Positions 47,329 to 57,414 of a stretch of DNA of 64,000 nucleotides are shown here, piece after piece. The notes under the pieces are model-generated. The model had not been told where the DNA came from and made no database searches. It was given only the letters and a program-made list of their open reading frames with translations. The position numbers were made by a program, and so were the translations under genes. The DNA comes from Acidimicrobiales bacterium (GTDB taxonomy: Bacteria; Actinomycetota; Acidimicrobiia; Acidimicrobiales; CATQHL01), in contig OZ242194.1 in assembly GCA_965206165.1 (NCBI GenBank), forward strand, positions 3,513,881 to 3,577,880, given 5' to 3'. How positions within the stretch are numbered: the first letter of the stretch is position 1; every line of letters starts with the position of its first letter.

Positions 47329-48330
47329 ATGTCGCCACGAGATGGGTCGGCCCCGCAAGTCACTGTCCTCGCCGGCGGGTACGGCGCGGCCCGGTTTCTC
47401 AGCGGGTTGGTCAAGGTCTGCGATCCGCCGGCGGTGACGGCCGTCGTCAACTGCGGCGACGACATCGTCCTGCACGGGCTGCACATCAGCCCCGACCTCG
47501 ACACCATCACGTACTGCCTGGCCGGTGAGTTGAATCCCGACACGGGTTGGGGACTGCGCAACGAATCGTGGCAGGCCGCCGAGACGCTACGCCGCCTCGG
47601 CGGCCAGAGCTGGTTCGGGCTCGGCGACCGTGACCTGGGGACCCACCTGTACCGGACGCAGCGCCTGGCCGAGGGCGCCCCGCTGTCGGCGGTCACCGCT
47701 GAACTGGCCACCCGCTGGGGCACCGACGTGCGGCTCCTGCCCGTCACCGACGACCCGCTGCGGACACGCGTCACGGTCGATAGCGGCGCGGACTCGTCCC
47801 GGAGCAGCGCTCCGACCGAGATCGGGTTCCAGGAGTACTTCGTCGGTCTGAAGCATGCGGTCGCGGTCCGCGCGGTGCGGTTCGCCGGCGCCGACCGGGC
47901 ACGCCCCGCACCCGGCGTCCTCGGTGCCATCTCGGGCGCTGCCGCGGTGGTCATCGCACCCTCCAACCCGATCGTGTCCATCGGTCCCGTGCTGGCGCTC
48001 TCCGACGTGCGACGCGCCCTGGTGCAGCGCCGGGAGCGCACGGTGGCGATCTCACCGATCGTGGCCGGTGCCGCGCTCAGAGGCCCCGCAGACCGTCTGA
48101 TGGCCGAGTTGGGCCACGAGACGTCGGTCGTCGGTGTCGCCCGGCTGTACGCCCCCGTGGCGGGGACGCTGGTCATCGACTCCGCAGACGCACGACTCGC
48201 AGTCGCCGTGGAGGCCGAAGGAGTCCGGTGCATCGTGGCACCAACGATCATGCACACGCCGGACGACGCGGCCGCTCTGGCGCGGACGAGCCTGGCCGCC
48301 ATCGGATTCCGGGCGACCGCACGCCGGTGA
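47329..48330 (+). CDS. cofD: 2-phospho-L-lactate transferase (F420 biosynthesis)
   Basis: ORF track 333 aa. [27 protein letters not shown]...DLGTHLYRT...[15 protein letters not shown]. Confidence 0.9.
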   Translation: MSPRDGSAPQVTVLAGGYGAARFLSGLVKVCDPPAVTAVVNCGDDIVLHGLHISPDLDTITYCLAGELNPDTGWGLRNESWQAAETLRRLGGQSWFGLGDRDLGTHLYRTQRLAEGAPLSAVTAELATRWGTDVRLLPVTDDPLRTRVTVDSGADSSRSSAPTEIGFQEYFVGLKHAVAVRAVRFAGADRARPAPGVLGAISGAAAVVIAPSNPIVSIGPVLALSDVRRALVQRRERTVAISPIVAGAALRGPADRLMAELGHETSVVGVARLYAPVAGTLVIDSADARLAVAVEAEGVRCIVAPTIMHTPDDAAALARTSLAAIGFRATARR

Positions 48331-48340
48331 CCATGCGCCG

Positions 48341-49051
48341 ATGAGCAGGACCGCGAGCAGCCTGACCGTCTTCGCCGTCGCGGGAGTTGGGGAGGTCCAA
48401 CCCGGCGATGACCTGGCCGCCCTCATCGTCGCCGCGGTCGATCTGCGCGACCGGGACGTGGTCGTTGTAACCCAGAAGATCGTGTCCAAGGCCGAGGGGC
48501 GGCTCGTGGCCGTCTCTCACGACGACACCGAAGGTCGCAGGAGCCTCGTCGAAAGCGAGTCCGTGCGCATCCTGCGCCGCCGCGGCGAACTCATCATCGC
48601 CGAGACTCCCCACGGCTTCGTCTGCGCCAACGCCGGCGTGGACTTCTCCAACGTCCCCGAGGGCCAGGCCGCGCTGTTGCCCCGCGACCCGGATCGCTCG
48701 GCGCGCCGCATCCGAGACGGGATCCGTGCCGCCTGCGGGCGAGCCGTCGGGGTCGTCGTGTCGGACACCTTCGGACGCCCATGGCGCCGCGGTCTGACCG
48801 ACGTGGCCATCGGCTGCGCAGGAGTCCTGGCGATTCTCGACCTGCGCGGCACTTCTGATGCCGGCGGGCGCGAGTTGCAGGTCACGGAGGTGGCCATCGT
48901 GGACGAACTGGCCGCCGCCGCCGAACTCGTCATGGGCAAGGACCGTGGCATACCGGTGGCCATCGTCCGAGGTGCCCCGGATGCCTGCTTCGGGGACGGT
49001 CGCGTCGCACGTGACCTGCTGCGTCCGGCCGCCGACGATCTCTTCCGTTGA
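48341..49051 (+). CDS. cofE: coenzyme F420-0:L-glutamate ligase (single-domain CofE)
   Basis: ORF 48134..49051, start at ATG 48341. [15 protein letters not shown]...[15 protein letters not shown]...[21 protein letters not shown]. No C-terminal nitroreductase-like domain follows. Confidence 0.88.
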   Translation: MSRTASSLTVFAVAGVGEVQPGDDLAALIVAAVDLRDRDVVVVTQKIVSKAEGRLVAVSHDDTEGRRSLVESESVRILRRRGELIIAETPHGFVCANAGVDFSNVPEGQAALLPRDPDRSARRIRDGIRAACGRAVGVVVSDTFGRPWRRGLTDVAIGCAGVLAILDLRGTSDAGGRELQVTEVAIVDELAAAAELVMGKDRGIPVAIVRGAPDACFGDGRVARDLLRPAADDLFR

Positions 49052-49061
49052 AGGGGAGGTG

Positions 49062-50114
49062 TCAGCCCGCCGGGCTGCCCGAGAGGCGACCGCCCCGCAC
49101 CACGTCACCGGCCTCGACGGTGACTCCGTCACCGAGCAGCGTCAACCCGAGCACCCGCGCACCCGGCTCGACGGTGGCGTCGAAGCCGACGACCGAGTCC
49201 GACACCACCGCGCCGGCGCCGATCCGCCCGCCGGGCAGCACGACCGAACCCTCGAGCCGTGCGCCCGCCTCGACGGTGGCCCGCTCCATGACCACGCTGT
49301 CAACGACGCTGGCAGACACCGCAACGGTGGCCTGCGCGCTCACCGCCTCCAGGGCGACCTCGCGGCGCCCCGAAACGAGGTCGATATTGGCCTGCAGGTA
49401 CGAGCGGGGCGTGCCGGCATCGATCCAGTACGCATCGGACCGCAGCGTGTACAGGCCGCCGGCGGCCGCTATGGCCGGGAACGTCTCCCGCTCCATCGAG
49501 ACATCCCCACCCGACTCGATCCGCGCCAGGACCGAGGGCTCCAGCACGTAGACGCCGGCGTTGATCCAGCCACTCGTGACGTCGGTGGCGGCGGGCTTCT
49601 CCACGAAGCGGGACACCCGGCCCGAGGCATCGGCCTCGACCAACCCGAAGCGCGAGGCATCGGCCATCGAGATCGTCAGGATCGTGGCCTCAGCACAGCG
49701 AGCGCGATGCAGATCCAGCAGGTCGCTCAGTACGACGTCGGTCAGCACGTCGCCGTTGAGCGCCCAGAACGTCTCGGAGAACGGGTCGCCACCGCGGGCG
49801 TTCCCGTTCCCTGCCGCCGCCTCCCGCGCCGCGAACAGGATCGCACCGGCCGTGCCCAGCGGCTCGGGCTCGGTCGCGTAGCGGAGGCCCGCGCCCCCGC
49901 AACGCCCCGCGGGATACGCGGCACCGAAGGCGTCGGGCCGGTAGCCGAGCGAGAGCACCACATCAGTGGTCCCGTCGGCCGCCAGCTTGCCCACGACGTG
50001 CTCGATCATGGGACGATCCACGATGGGCAGCATCTGCTTGGGTCGCATCTCGGTGAGAGGCCGAAGCCGCGTCCCCAACCCACCGGCAAGCACGATGGCT
50101 GATCTTCCGCTCAT
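49062..50114 (-). CDS. manC: mannose-1-phosphate guanylyltransferase-type NDP-sugar pyrophosphorylase
   Basis: ORF track 350 aa. AIVLAGGLGTRLRPLTEMRPKQMLPI, then a left-handed beta-helix-like C-terminus. Confidence 0.85.
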   Translation of the reverse strand: MSGRSAIVLAGGLGTRLRPLTEMRPKQMLPIVDRPMIEHVVGKLAADGTTDVVLSLGYRPDAFGAAYPAGRCGGAGLRYATEPEPLGTAGAILFAAREAAAGNGNARGGDPFSETFWALNGDVLTDVVLSDLLDLHRARCAEATILTISMADASRFGLVEADASGRVSRFVEKPAATDVTSGWINAGVYVLEPSVLARIESGGDVSMERETFPAIAAAGGLYTLRSDAYWIDAGTPRSYLQANIDLVSGRREVALEAVSAQATVAVSASVVDSVVMERATVEAGARLEGSVVLPGGRIGAGAVVSDSVVGFDATVEPGARVLGLTLLGDGVTVEAGDVVRGGRLSGSPAG

Positions 50115-50193
50115 GGACGCTTCACCCCGGCTGCTTCGGCGTGTGATCAGCGCGGCGGTGGCATCGGCGGCCCGGTCCTCCCGCGCCGGCCGA

Positions 50194-50928
50194 TCACTCG
50201 TCCGCCGGCTCGGTCACCAGGGGTGTGGACTCCTCACCGGCGCGCAGGGCATTCGGGTCGATCTGCCCCAGCCAGGCGATGCTCTCCGGCGGCGGGAGTT
50301 CGGCACCCTCGGGAGCGCGGGCGATCACCCACGCCTCACCGTTGTTGCGGAACCGGATGTCGGTGAGGTCCTCGGTGTACACGTCCGGATCTTCGTCCGC
50401 GGAGCTGGCGAATTCCCAGCGGTGCACCTGGATGATCGCCGGCTCTCCATCGCAGGTGACGTCCTCACCGAGCACGCGGCCGTCGTCGAGGGTGAGGGCG
50501 TCGTCGGAGATCTCCGCGCGCATGGCCACCATGAAGTCCTCCAGGGTGGCATTCTCGCCGGAGGCGGCCTCGAAGTACGGGTGGACGTGCATGATGGCGT
50601 CGTTGTGGGAATGGATGCCGAGCCCGTCGTCGGTGCTGGAGAAGTGCGGCAGGAACGCACCCTCGGTGCCCTCGGCGCAGTCCCACAGGGCGTAGGGCGA
50701 GTGCCAGTGATCATCGTTCTGCACGGGACGGGCTTGCACGTCGCGGGTGGTGTAGGCGAACGCCACAAGTGCCGTACCCGCAGCGATGATGAGCACCACC
50801 AGGGCAGGGAAACTCGGCCGCAGGATGCGGCTCAGCCTGCTGCCACCGCTGCCGGTCCGCGCCGCCCGCTCGATGTTGCGAACGGCGTCGGTCAGGGAGG
50901 AGCGGCGGATCCGGGAGTCTCGCGCCAT
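50194..50928 (-). CDS. membrane-anchored hypothetical protein with His-rich motif
   Basis: ORF 50194..51114, start at ATG 50928. TM anchor FPALVVLIIAAGTALVAFAY. Extracytoplasmic part contains DDHWHSPYALWDC...GIHSHNDAIMHVHPYF. Confidence 0.6.
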   Translation of the reverse strand: MARDSRIRRSSLTDAVRNIERAARTGSGGSRLSRILRPSFPALVVLIIAAGTALVAFAYTTRDVQARPVQNDDHWHSPYALWDCAEGTEGAFLPHFSSTDDGLGIHSHNDAIMHVHPYFEAASGENATLEDFMVAMRAEISDDALTLDDGRVLGEDVTCDGEPAIIQVHRWEFASSADEDPDVYTEDLTDIRFRNNGEAWVIARAPEGAELPPPESIAWLGQIDPNALRAGEESTPLVTEPADE

Positions 50929-51055
50929 AGCGAGAGGCACACTACCGCCGCTTGGCGGCGATAGCGCCCGTGGGGCCCCGACATGGCCGGCACCGGCGCC
51001 GGGGGCCTCGACTCCGCCACCGAAGCTTCCCGGTGCCACGGCTAGCCTGCGACAC

Positions 51056-51886
51056 GTGAGCGAGGCGGTCGTCTGGCTGAACGGCGAAGTGGTTCCCGAG
51101 TCGGCAGCGCGCATCTCGCCGCGTGATCACGGGCTGCTGGTCGGCGACGGAGTCTTCGAGAGTGTCCGCATCACCGCCGGGCAGGCGTTTGCCCTGGGCC
51201 GCCACTTGGCGCGGCTGGGTCGCTCGGCTGAAGCCTTGGGGCTGAATCTCCCAGCCGTCGCGGAGTTGCGAACCGCAGTGACCGACGTGCTGGCTGCAAC
51301 GGGCATCACCGAGGGACGGCTGCGGATCACGGCCACAAGCGGGCCGGGCGGGTTCTCGTCGGTACGGCCGGCGGGACCGGCCACCGTCGTCGTGGCCGCC
51401 GAGGAAGCCCCGCCGTGGTCGCCGCACGTGGCGGTCGTGACGGTGCCGTGGCCCCGCAACGAGCGGGGCGCCACCGCGGGCGTGAAGACCATCTCCTACG
51501 CCGAGAACGTGGTGGCGCTCCGGCGGGCGCACGCCGCGGGGGCCGGCGAGGCGATCTTCGCCAACACCCGCGGCGAGTTGTGCGAGGGGACGGGCACCAA
51601 CGTCTTCCTCGTCCAGGAGGGGCGACTCGTGACTCCGCCGCTGTCGTCAGGTTGTCTCGCCGGCGTCACCCGCCAGCTGGCACTCGAGATCACCGATGCG
51701 ATCACCGAGACCGTGCCACTCTCCGCCCTGGCGACCGCCCATGAGGCGTTTCTGACCTCCACGACTCGCAACGTGCATCCGATCTCGGTGGTCGACGGCA
51801 CGGCACTGCCCGCCTGCCCGGGCCCGGCCACGCGAGCCGCTCGTCTGGCATTCACCGCGCTCGAGGCCGAGAACCTGGACCCGTAA
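51056..51886 (+). CDS. class IV aminotransferase family protein (aminodeoxychorismate lyase / BCAT-like)
   Basis: ORF 50786..51886, start at GTG 51056. DHGLLVGDGVFESVR...AGVKTISYAENV...ELCEGTGTNVFLV. Confidence 0.8.
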   Translation: MSEAVVWLNGEVVPESAARISPRDHGLLVGDGVFESVRITAGQAFALGRHLARLGRSAEALGLNLPAVAELRTAVTDVLAATGITEGRLRITATSGPGGFSSVRPAGPATVVVAAEEAPPWSPHVAVVTVPWPRNERGATAGVKTISYAENVVALRRAHAAGAGEAIFANTRGELCEGTGTNVFLVQEGRLVTPPLSSGCLAGVTRQLALEITDAITETVPLSALATAHEAFLTSTTRNVHPISVVDGTALPACPGPATRAARLAFTALEAENLDP

Positions 51887-51915
51887 CCCGGCACCGGCGG
51901 CGCGACGGCGGGCTA

Positions 51916-53214
51916 TCAGAAGCAGGCCTCGTGCACGATGGGATAGGGATTGATGTGATTCCCCCGGCCCCCCAGGTGGTACTCGAAGTGCAGGTGCGGG
52001 AGCCCGGCGGCATTGCCGGAGTCGCCCACGTAGCCGATCACGGCGCCGGCCGGCACCCAGCCGGTGCCGACGTTCTCGTACGCCGAGAGGTGCGTGTTGT
52101 AGTAGTAGTTGCCGGAGTCTGCGAAGAGGTAGGCCGAGTTCCCGCCGATGCGGTTGGCGCGGTGCTCGACTCGCCCGCTCTCGACGGCCAGGACCGGCGT
52201 TCCGGTCGGCGAGATGAGATCGTTGCCCTTGTGCCAGCCGCCGTAGTGCCGGGGAGCCCCGAAGTCGTCGAAGTGGCTGAACGGACCGCGCAGCGGGCAC
52301 ACCCATCCGCTGGCCGCACGCAGCACCGGGAGATCGGCTACAGGAGCGGCTGCTGCCGGCGCCGGCCCAGCGGTCGGTTCACCGGGCGTGACGGGCGGTA
52401 GCGCGCCGGCCCCCGGCTCCGCCGGAGCGTCCTGGCCCGCAGCAGCCCGGGCGACCTCCTCCCCAGCAGCCCGGGCTGCCTCCTGCGCCGCGGCCGCCGC
52501 AGCGCGCGCGGCCTCCAGGCGCCGCGCCTCCTCGGCCTGCCGGCGCCGCAGTTCTTCGGCCAGCCGCCGGCGTTCGGTCTCCTCGAGCTCGTCCAGCAGC
52601 CTGTCCTGCTCGTAGAGCCGCGGAGCGATCACCAGGTAGACGTCGCCGATGGCGCTCAACTCCGCCTGCACCTCGGCGGCGGCGACAGCGGCCTGGGCGA
52701 TCAACTCCTCCTGGTGCCGGGCACGCTCGGCGAGCTCGGCCTGCGCCTGCTCCAGATCGTCCCGTGCCCTGCGGTAGTCGTCGATGATGTCGAGTGAGCC
52801 CTCGCTGACGAAACGGGCGAGGGCATCGACCACGGCCTGACGGTTGATGTCGTCGCCTGCGAGAATCGACGGGGGTGTGGTCGAGTCGATGTAGCGCTGC
52901 ACGGCGATCTCGATCATGCGCCGGCGCAACTCGGCCACTTCGGCGTCGATCACCTCGGTACGCGCAGACAGATTGGCGATCTCGACGGAGAGTTCGTAGA
53001 GCGCCAGGTCGGCCTCCCAGTAGCGAGCGGCCGCGGCGTCAGCACGCTCCTGGGTCTCGGACAGCTGCTCCAGGTAGGCGTCGATCTCGTCCTGCAACGC
53101 TTCGACGGCGTCGCGGACCCGTTCCATCTCGCTCTGCGCGACGGTCGCCGAACTCATCCCCGCCAGCAGAACGATCAACAGCGCCCACAACACTCTCCGG
53201 CGCACGACGTTCAA
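51916..53214 (-). CDS. secreted coiled-coil + M23 metallopeptidase
   Basis: ORF track 432 aa. Signal-like LWALLIVLLAGMSSATVAQ. Long heptad-rich Ala/Glu/Arg region and a Pro/Ala linker. C-terminal M23 motifs HKGNDL...GNAAGLPHLHFEYH. Confidence 0.85.
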   Translation of the reverse strand: MNVVRRRVLWALLIVLLAGMSSATVAQSEMERVRDAVEALQDEIDAYLEQLSETQERADAAAARYWEADLALYELSVEIANLSARTEVIDAEVAELRRRMIEIAVQRYIDSTTPPSILAGDDINRQAVVDALARFVSEGSLDIIDDYRRARDDLEQAQAELAERARHQEELIAQAAVAAAEVQAELSAIGDVYLVIAPRLYEQDRLLDELEETERRRLAEELRRRQAEEARRLEAARAAAAAAQEAARAAGEEVARAAAGQDAPAEPGAGALPPVTPGEPTAGPAPAAAAPVADLPVLRAASGWVCPLRGPFSHFDDFGAPRHYGGWHKGNDLISPTGTPVLAVESGRVEHRANRIGGNSAYLFADSGNYYYNTHLSAYENVGTGWVPAGAVIGYVGDSGNAAGLPHLHFEYHLGGRGNHINPYPIVHEACF

Positions 53215-53216
53215 CC

Positions 53217-54230
53217 CTACAGAACGTCGCTCTCGTCCCTGATGTCACCCACGAGCAACTCCAGCACGTCCTCGAGGGTCACGAGCCCCACCGTAACGGT
53301 GCCCTCCCGTACCAGCGCCACGTGGACACGGTGCCGGCGCATCAACCGCAGGAGATCCTCCAGCGGCAGATCGTGCCTCACCATCAGGGCCCGACGGATG
53401 CACGCCGCGGGAAGTACCTGCCCCCAGCGCTCGGGCGGCACCGTCAGAAGATCCTTGGCGTACACGAACCCGTCGGGACGGTCCGCATCACCCAGCAGCA
53501 GGCGCGAGTGCCCGCTGGCCACGACTGTTCGCTCCACCTCGGCAACGCTGGCACCCCGCGGGACCGAACTGATCCGCTCGCGAGGCACCATGATCGACGA
53601 CACCGAGCGCTCACCGAGTGCGAGCGCCGAAGCCAGCAGCGAGTGCTCGAACTCGTTCAGCAGACCCGCGGTGCGCGAGCGCGCCAGAAGATCCGAGAGT
53701 TCCGCAGGCGTGCGAGCGCTGGAAGCCCGGTCGACGGGCGCAACGCCGCAGAGACGCACCAGCGCAGCCACCAGCCATTCGAGCGCACGGATAACCGGCC
53801 GGAACGCCCCGACGAACAGGCGGTGCGCCGGGGCCAGCCACATCGCCAGACCGTCGGGGTTGCAGAGCGCGGCGTTCTTCGGAACCATCTCGCCCAGTAG
53901 GACGTGGGCGAAGACCACGATGGCGATCGCCGCCGCCACGCTGGCCGCGTGGCCGAAGCCCCCCAGGAGAGGATCCAGCAGGCGTGCGACAGCCGGTTCG
54001 ACGACGAAGCCGAGGCCCAAAGCGGTCATCGTGAGGCCCAGCTGAGCGCCGGCGAGCTGCATGCCCAGATCACCCATCGCCCGCACTGCCACCCGGGCGC
54101 GCCGGTTGCCCGACTCTGCGAGCACCTCCAGACGGCTCCGCGAGGCGGCCACGAGGGCGAACTCCACGGCAGTGAAGAAGGCATTGGCAGCCAGCAGGAC
54201 GACCGCCACCAGCAGCGCCGCGGCCGTCAC
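53217..54230 (-). CDS. CNNM/DUF21 + CBS-pair transporter-associated protein (HlyC/CorC family)
   Basis: ORF 53217..54308, start set at GTG 54230 (GTGA overlap with the upstream stop). LLAANAFFTAVEFALVAAS...GEMVPKN... followed by a CBS pair. Confidence 0.8.
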   Translation of the reverse strand: MTAAALLVAVVLLAANAFFTAVEFALVAASRSRLEVLAESGNRRARVAVRAMGDLGMQLAGAQLGLTMTALGLGFVVEPAVARLLDPLLGGFGHAASVAAAIAIVVFAHVLLGEMVPKNAALCNPDGLAMWLAPAHRLFVGAFRPVIRALEWLVAALVRLCGVAPVDRASSARTPAELSDLLARSRTAGLLNEFEHSLLASALALGERSVSSIMVPRERISSVPRGASVAEVERTVVASGHSRLLLGDADRPDGFVYAKDLLTVPPERWGQVLPAACIRRALMVRHDLPLEDLLRLMRRHRVHVALVREGTVTVGLVTLEDVLELLVGDIRDESDVL

Positions 54231-55618
54231 AGGTGCTGCCCCCGGCGCCCGGCGACCCGGACGGTCACGATCCGCCGGCGCACCATCTCGACCACCTCGA
54301 AGCTCCATTCATCCCACGAGAACGAGTCGCCGGGCGCCGGGATCCGGCCGAGTTGGCACAGGACGAACCCGGCGAGCGTCTCGTAGGGGCCATCCGGGAG
54401 ACGCATCCCGCTCGCCTCCTCGGTGGCATCGGCTCGCAGGTCGCCCGCCAGGAGCCACACACCGGGCGGTGCCGGCGGGGTGAGCTCCGCCACGGGATCG
54501 TGCTCGTCGTCGATCTCGCCGACGATCTCCTCCACGATGTCCTCTGCGGTGATGATGCCGGCCGTGCCGCCGTGCTCGTCGACGACGACGGCCATGGACT
54601 GGCGCCTGCGGCTCAATTCGCCCAGCAGGCTCCGCAGGTCGGCGCTCTCCGGGACCGCCCACACGTCGCTCATCACCTCGGCGACGGTGACACGATGGCG
54701 CTCGGCGGGCGGAACCTGATGCACAGCCTTGACGTGGACAACGCCGTACACGTCGTCGAGGTCGGCGCCGGCCACGGGAAAGCGCGAGAACCCGCTGGCG
54801 ACCGCGACATCGACCAGATCGGCCATCGTGTCGTCCGGGTTCACGGTGATGACCTCGACCCGCGGGACGAGGGCGTCGGCGGCGGTCTTGCGGCCGAAGC
54901 GGATGGAGCGCGTCAGCAGCGTCACGTCCTCGGGATCGAGATCTCCGCTGCTGCCCGACGAGCGGATGATGTGTTCGAGCTCCCGCAGCGTCCGCACCGA
55001 ACGCAACTCACCGGTCGGCTCGAGGCCGGCGAGCCGCACGATGCGGTCGGCGGTACCGTTGAAGAGCGTCACGAACGGCCACATCAGAAAGCCGTAGAGC
55101 CGGAGGGGCCGCGCGCAGAGCAACCCTGTTGGCAGCGGCCGCGAGATGGCCAGCATCTTGGGCAGTTGCTCGCCCGCCACGAGGTGCACCACGGTGGCCA
55201 GCGCCAGGGCCAGCGCCACAGCGACGGCGTGAGCCGTGGTCTCTGACAGAACCGAGCCCAGAGCACCCAGCAACAACTCGGCGATCAGCGGTTCGGCCAC
55301 CCAGCCCAGCAGCAGCGACATCACCGTGATGCCCAGCTGGGCGGCCGAGAGGTGGAACGTCAGCCGGTCGGTCACCTTCAGAAGGCTCTGAGCCGACCGC
55401 CGTCGCGACCGGCGCCCGGTGCCCGCAGCCTCCTCGAGGGGGCCCCGCTGTACGGACACGGCGGAGAACTCGGCGGCGACGAAGAAGGCGTTGGCGCCGA
55501 TCAGCGCGGCAACCGCGAGAAGTCCAAGTGCGACCCTGATCGTCGTCCAGCCTACCGCCGGCGCATCGGAGGTCCGGTGAGCCGTCGTACCGGCGCTCCA
55601 GAGGCTCGGCGGTAGCAT
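54227..55618 (-). CDS. CNNM/DUF21 + CBS-pair + CorC_HlyC-domain protein
   Basis: ORF track 463 aa. IGANAFFVAAEFSAVS...GEQLPKM..., CBS pair, then C-terminal transporter-associated domain ...WSFEVVEMVRRRIVTVRV. Confidence 0.82.
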   Translation of the reverse strand: MLPPSLWSAGTTAHRTSDAPAVGWTTIRVALGLLAVAALIGANAFFVAAEFSAVSVQRGPLEEAAGTGRRSRRRSAQSLLKVTDRLTFHLSAAQLGITVMSLLLGWVAEPLIAELLLGALGSVLSETTAHAVAVALALALATVVHLVAGEQLPKMLAISRPLPTGLLCARPLRLYGFLMWPFVTLFNGTADRIVRLAGLEPTGELRSVRTLRELEHIIRSSGSSGDLDPEDVTLLTRSIRFGRKTAADALVPRVEVITVNPDDTMADLVDVAVASGFSRFPVAGADLDDVYGVVHVKAVHQVPPAERHRVTVAEVMSDVWAVPESADLRSLLGELSRRRQSMAVVVDEHGGTAGIITAEDIVEEIVGEIDDEHDPVAELTPPAPPGVWLLAGDLRADATEEASGMRLPDGPYETLAGFVLCQLGRIPAPGDSFSWDEWSFEVVEMVRRRIVTVRVAGRRGQHL

Positions 55619-55692
55619 CCCCTCCCATCACCCGAGCCGCTCACATCCACCCTGACACCACGAAGGGTTGGCTGCAGCGCCTGTGGCCGATC

Positions 55693-57414
55693 GTGGCGGT
55701 GCATCGTCGGTTGCTCGCCGTCGCCGCCATCTGCGGTGTGGTCGGTCTGGTTGCTCAGGTTGGCGTGCCCGCCGTGGCGCGGTGGGCCATTGACGCTGCC
55801 ACCGATGGCCGCGGCGGCGACCTGCGGACGTTCGTTCTCGTGCTGGGGGGGCTGGCGCTGGCCCGGGCACTCTGCGGTGGAACGTACCGCCACGTGCTGT
55901 TCAAGCTGTCCCTCCGCCTCGACACCGAGCTGCGCCTGATCCTGTACCGCCACCTCACGCGGCTGTCGTTCTCCTTCTACGACCGGACCAGTTCCGGGGA
56001 CGTGATCTCCCGCGCCAACACCGACATCCGCTCCATCCAGATCCTTTTCGCGTTCGCCCCCGTGGCGGGGATGGCGATGCTCACGTTCGTCCTGGCGTTC
56101 GCTCTGATGCTCACGATTCACGTGCCGCTGACCTTCGTGGCGCTCGCCACGCTGCCGGTCGCGACGCTCCTCGGCAACCGGTACCGCAACACCTTCCTCC
56201 CCCTGTCGTGGATCATCCAGGGACGCAGCGCCGAGGTGGCCATGATCGTCGACGAGAACGTCAACGGCACCCGCGTCGTGAAGTCGTTCGCCGCCGAGCG
56301 GGCGGAGATCGCCAAACTCGCCCGGTCCGCCCGGCGCCTCCAGTGGGCATCCGCGACCAGCGTCGACGTGCGGGCTCGCTACAACCCGTTGTTGGAGGCC
56401 CTGCCGAGGGTGGCGATGGGGCTGGTGCTGCTGTACGGGGGCTGGCTGGCGATCGACGGGCAGGTCTCCATCGGCACGCTTTTCGCCTTCAACGCGTATG
56501 TGATCATGCTGCAGTTGCCGTTCCGCATGGCCGGCTTCCTCGTCATGCAGTCCCAGCGTGCTGCAGCGTCCGCAGAGCGAATCTTCCAGGTGCTGGACAC
56601 GGCGCCGGAGATAGCCGACCCCCCGGGCGCCCGCGCCCTCGACCGGGCCGAGGGTCGGCTGGAACTCGATGAGGTGGTGTTCAGCTACGGCGGTGCCAAC
56701 GGGCACGCCAGGCGGCCTGTTCTGGAGGGATTCAGCCTCCGGATCGAACCCGGTGAGACGGTGGCCCTCGTGGGACCCACCGGGTGCGGCAAGTCCACGG
56801 TGGCACGCCTCGCCGCCCGCTTCTACGACGCATCCGACGGGATCGTCCGCCTCGACGGCATTGACGTGCGCAGCCTCGAGCTGGCGTCGCTGCGCCGCAA
56901 CCTCGCCGTGGTGTTCGACGAGCCGTTCCTGTTCTCGGTCTCGCTACGGGAGAACATCGCCTTCGGCCGCCCCGATGCCACGTTGGGCGACATCATGGCG
57001 GCGGCGCGGGCGGCGCAGATCCATGAGACGATCGCCGCTCTGCCCGAGGGGTACGACACGATCTCCGGCGAGCGCGGCTACACGCTGTCGGGCGGGCAGC
57101 GCCAGCGCATCGCCCTTGCCCGCGCACTGCTGATGGACCCGAGCGTCCTGATCCTCGACGACGCGGTCAGTGCCGTGGACATGCACGTGGAGGAAGCCAT
57201 CGGCGCCGGCCTGCGGCACCGGCGAGCCAATCGCACCACGCTCATCATCGCCCACCGACTCTCCACGATCAGCCTCGCCGACCGGGTCGTGTTCACCGAG
57301 GGCGGCGTGGTCGTCGCCACCGGAACCCACGCCGAGCTGATGGCCTCCGAGCCCCGGTACGTGGAGGTGCTTGCCGACGCGGAGGCAAGGGCCAGCGCCG
57401 GGGAGCCGCACTGA
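55693..57414 (+). CDS. ABC exporter half-transporter (TMD-NBD fusion)
   Basis: ORF track 573 aa. Six-helix TMD, Walker A GPTGCGKST, signature LSGGQRQR, Walker B LILDDAVSAVD. Confidence 0.9.
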   Translation: MAVHRRLLAVAAICGVVGLVAQVGVPAVARWAIDAATDGRGGDLRTFVLVLGGLALARALCGGTYRHVLFKLSLRLDTELRLILYRHLTRLSFSFYDRTSSGDVISRANTDIRSIQILFAFAPVAGMAMLTFVLAFALMLTIHVPLTFVALATLPVATLLGNRYRNTFLPLSWIIQGRSAEVAMIVDENVNGTRVVKSFAAERAEIAKLARSARRLQWASATSVDVRARYNPLLEALPRVAMGLVLLYGGWLAIDGQVSIGTLFAFNAYVIMLQLPFRMAGFLVMQSQRAAASAERIFQVLDTAPEIADPPGARALDRAEGRLELDEVVFSYGGANGHARRPVLEGFSLRIEPGETVALVGPTGCGKSTVARLAARFYDASDGIVRLDGIDVRSLELASLRRNLAVVFDEPFLFSVSLRENIAFGRPDATLGDIMAAARAAQIHETIAALPEGYDTISGERGYTLSGGQRQRIALARALLMDPSVLILDDAVSAVDMHVEEAIGAGLRHRRANRTTLIIAHRLSTISLADRVVFTEGGVVVATGTHAELMASEPRYVEVLADAEARASAGEPH

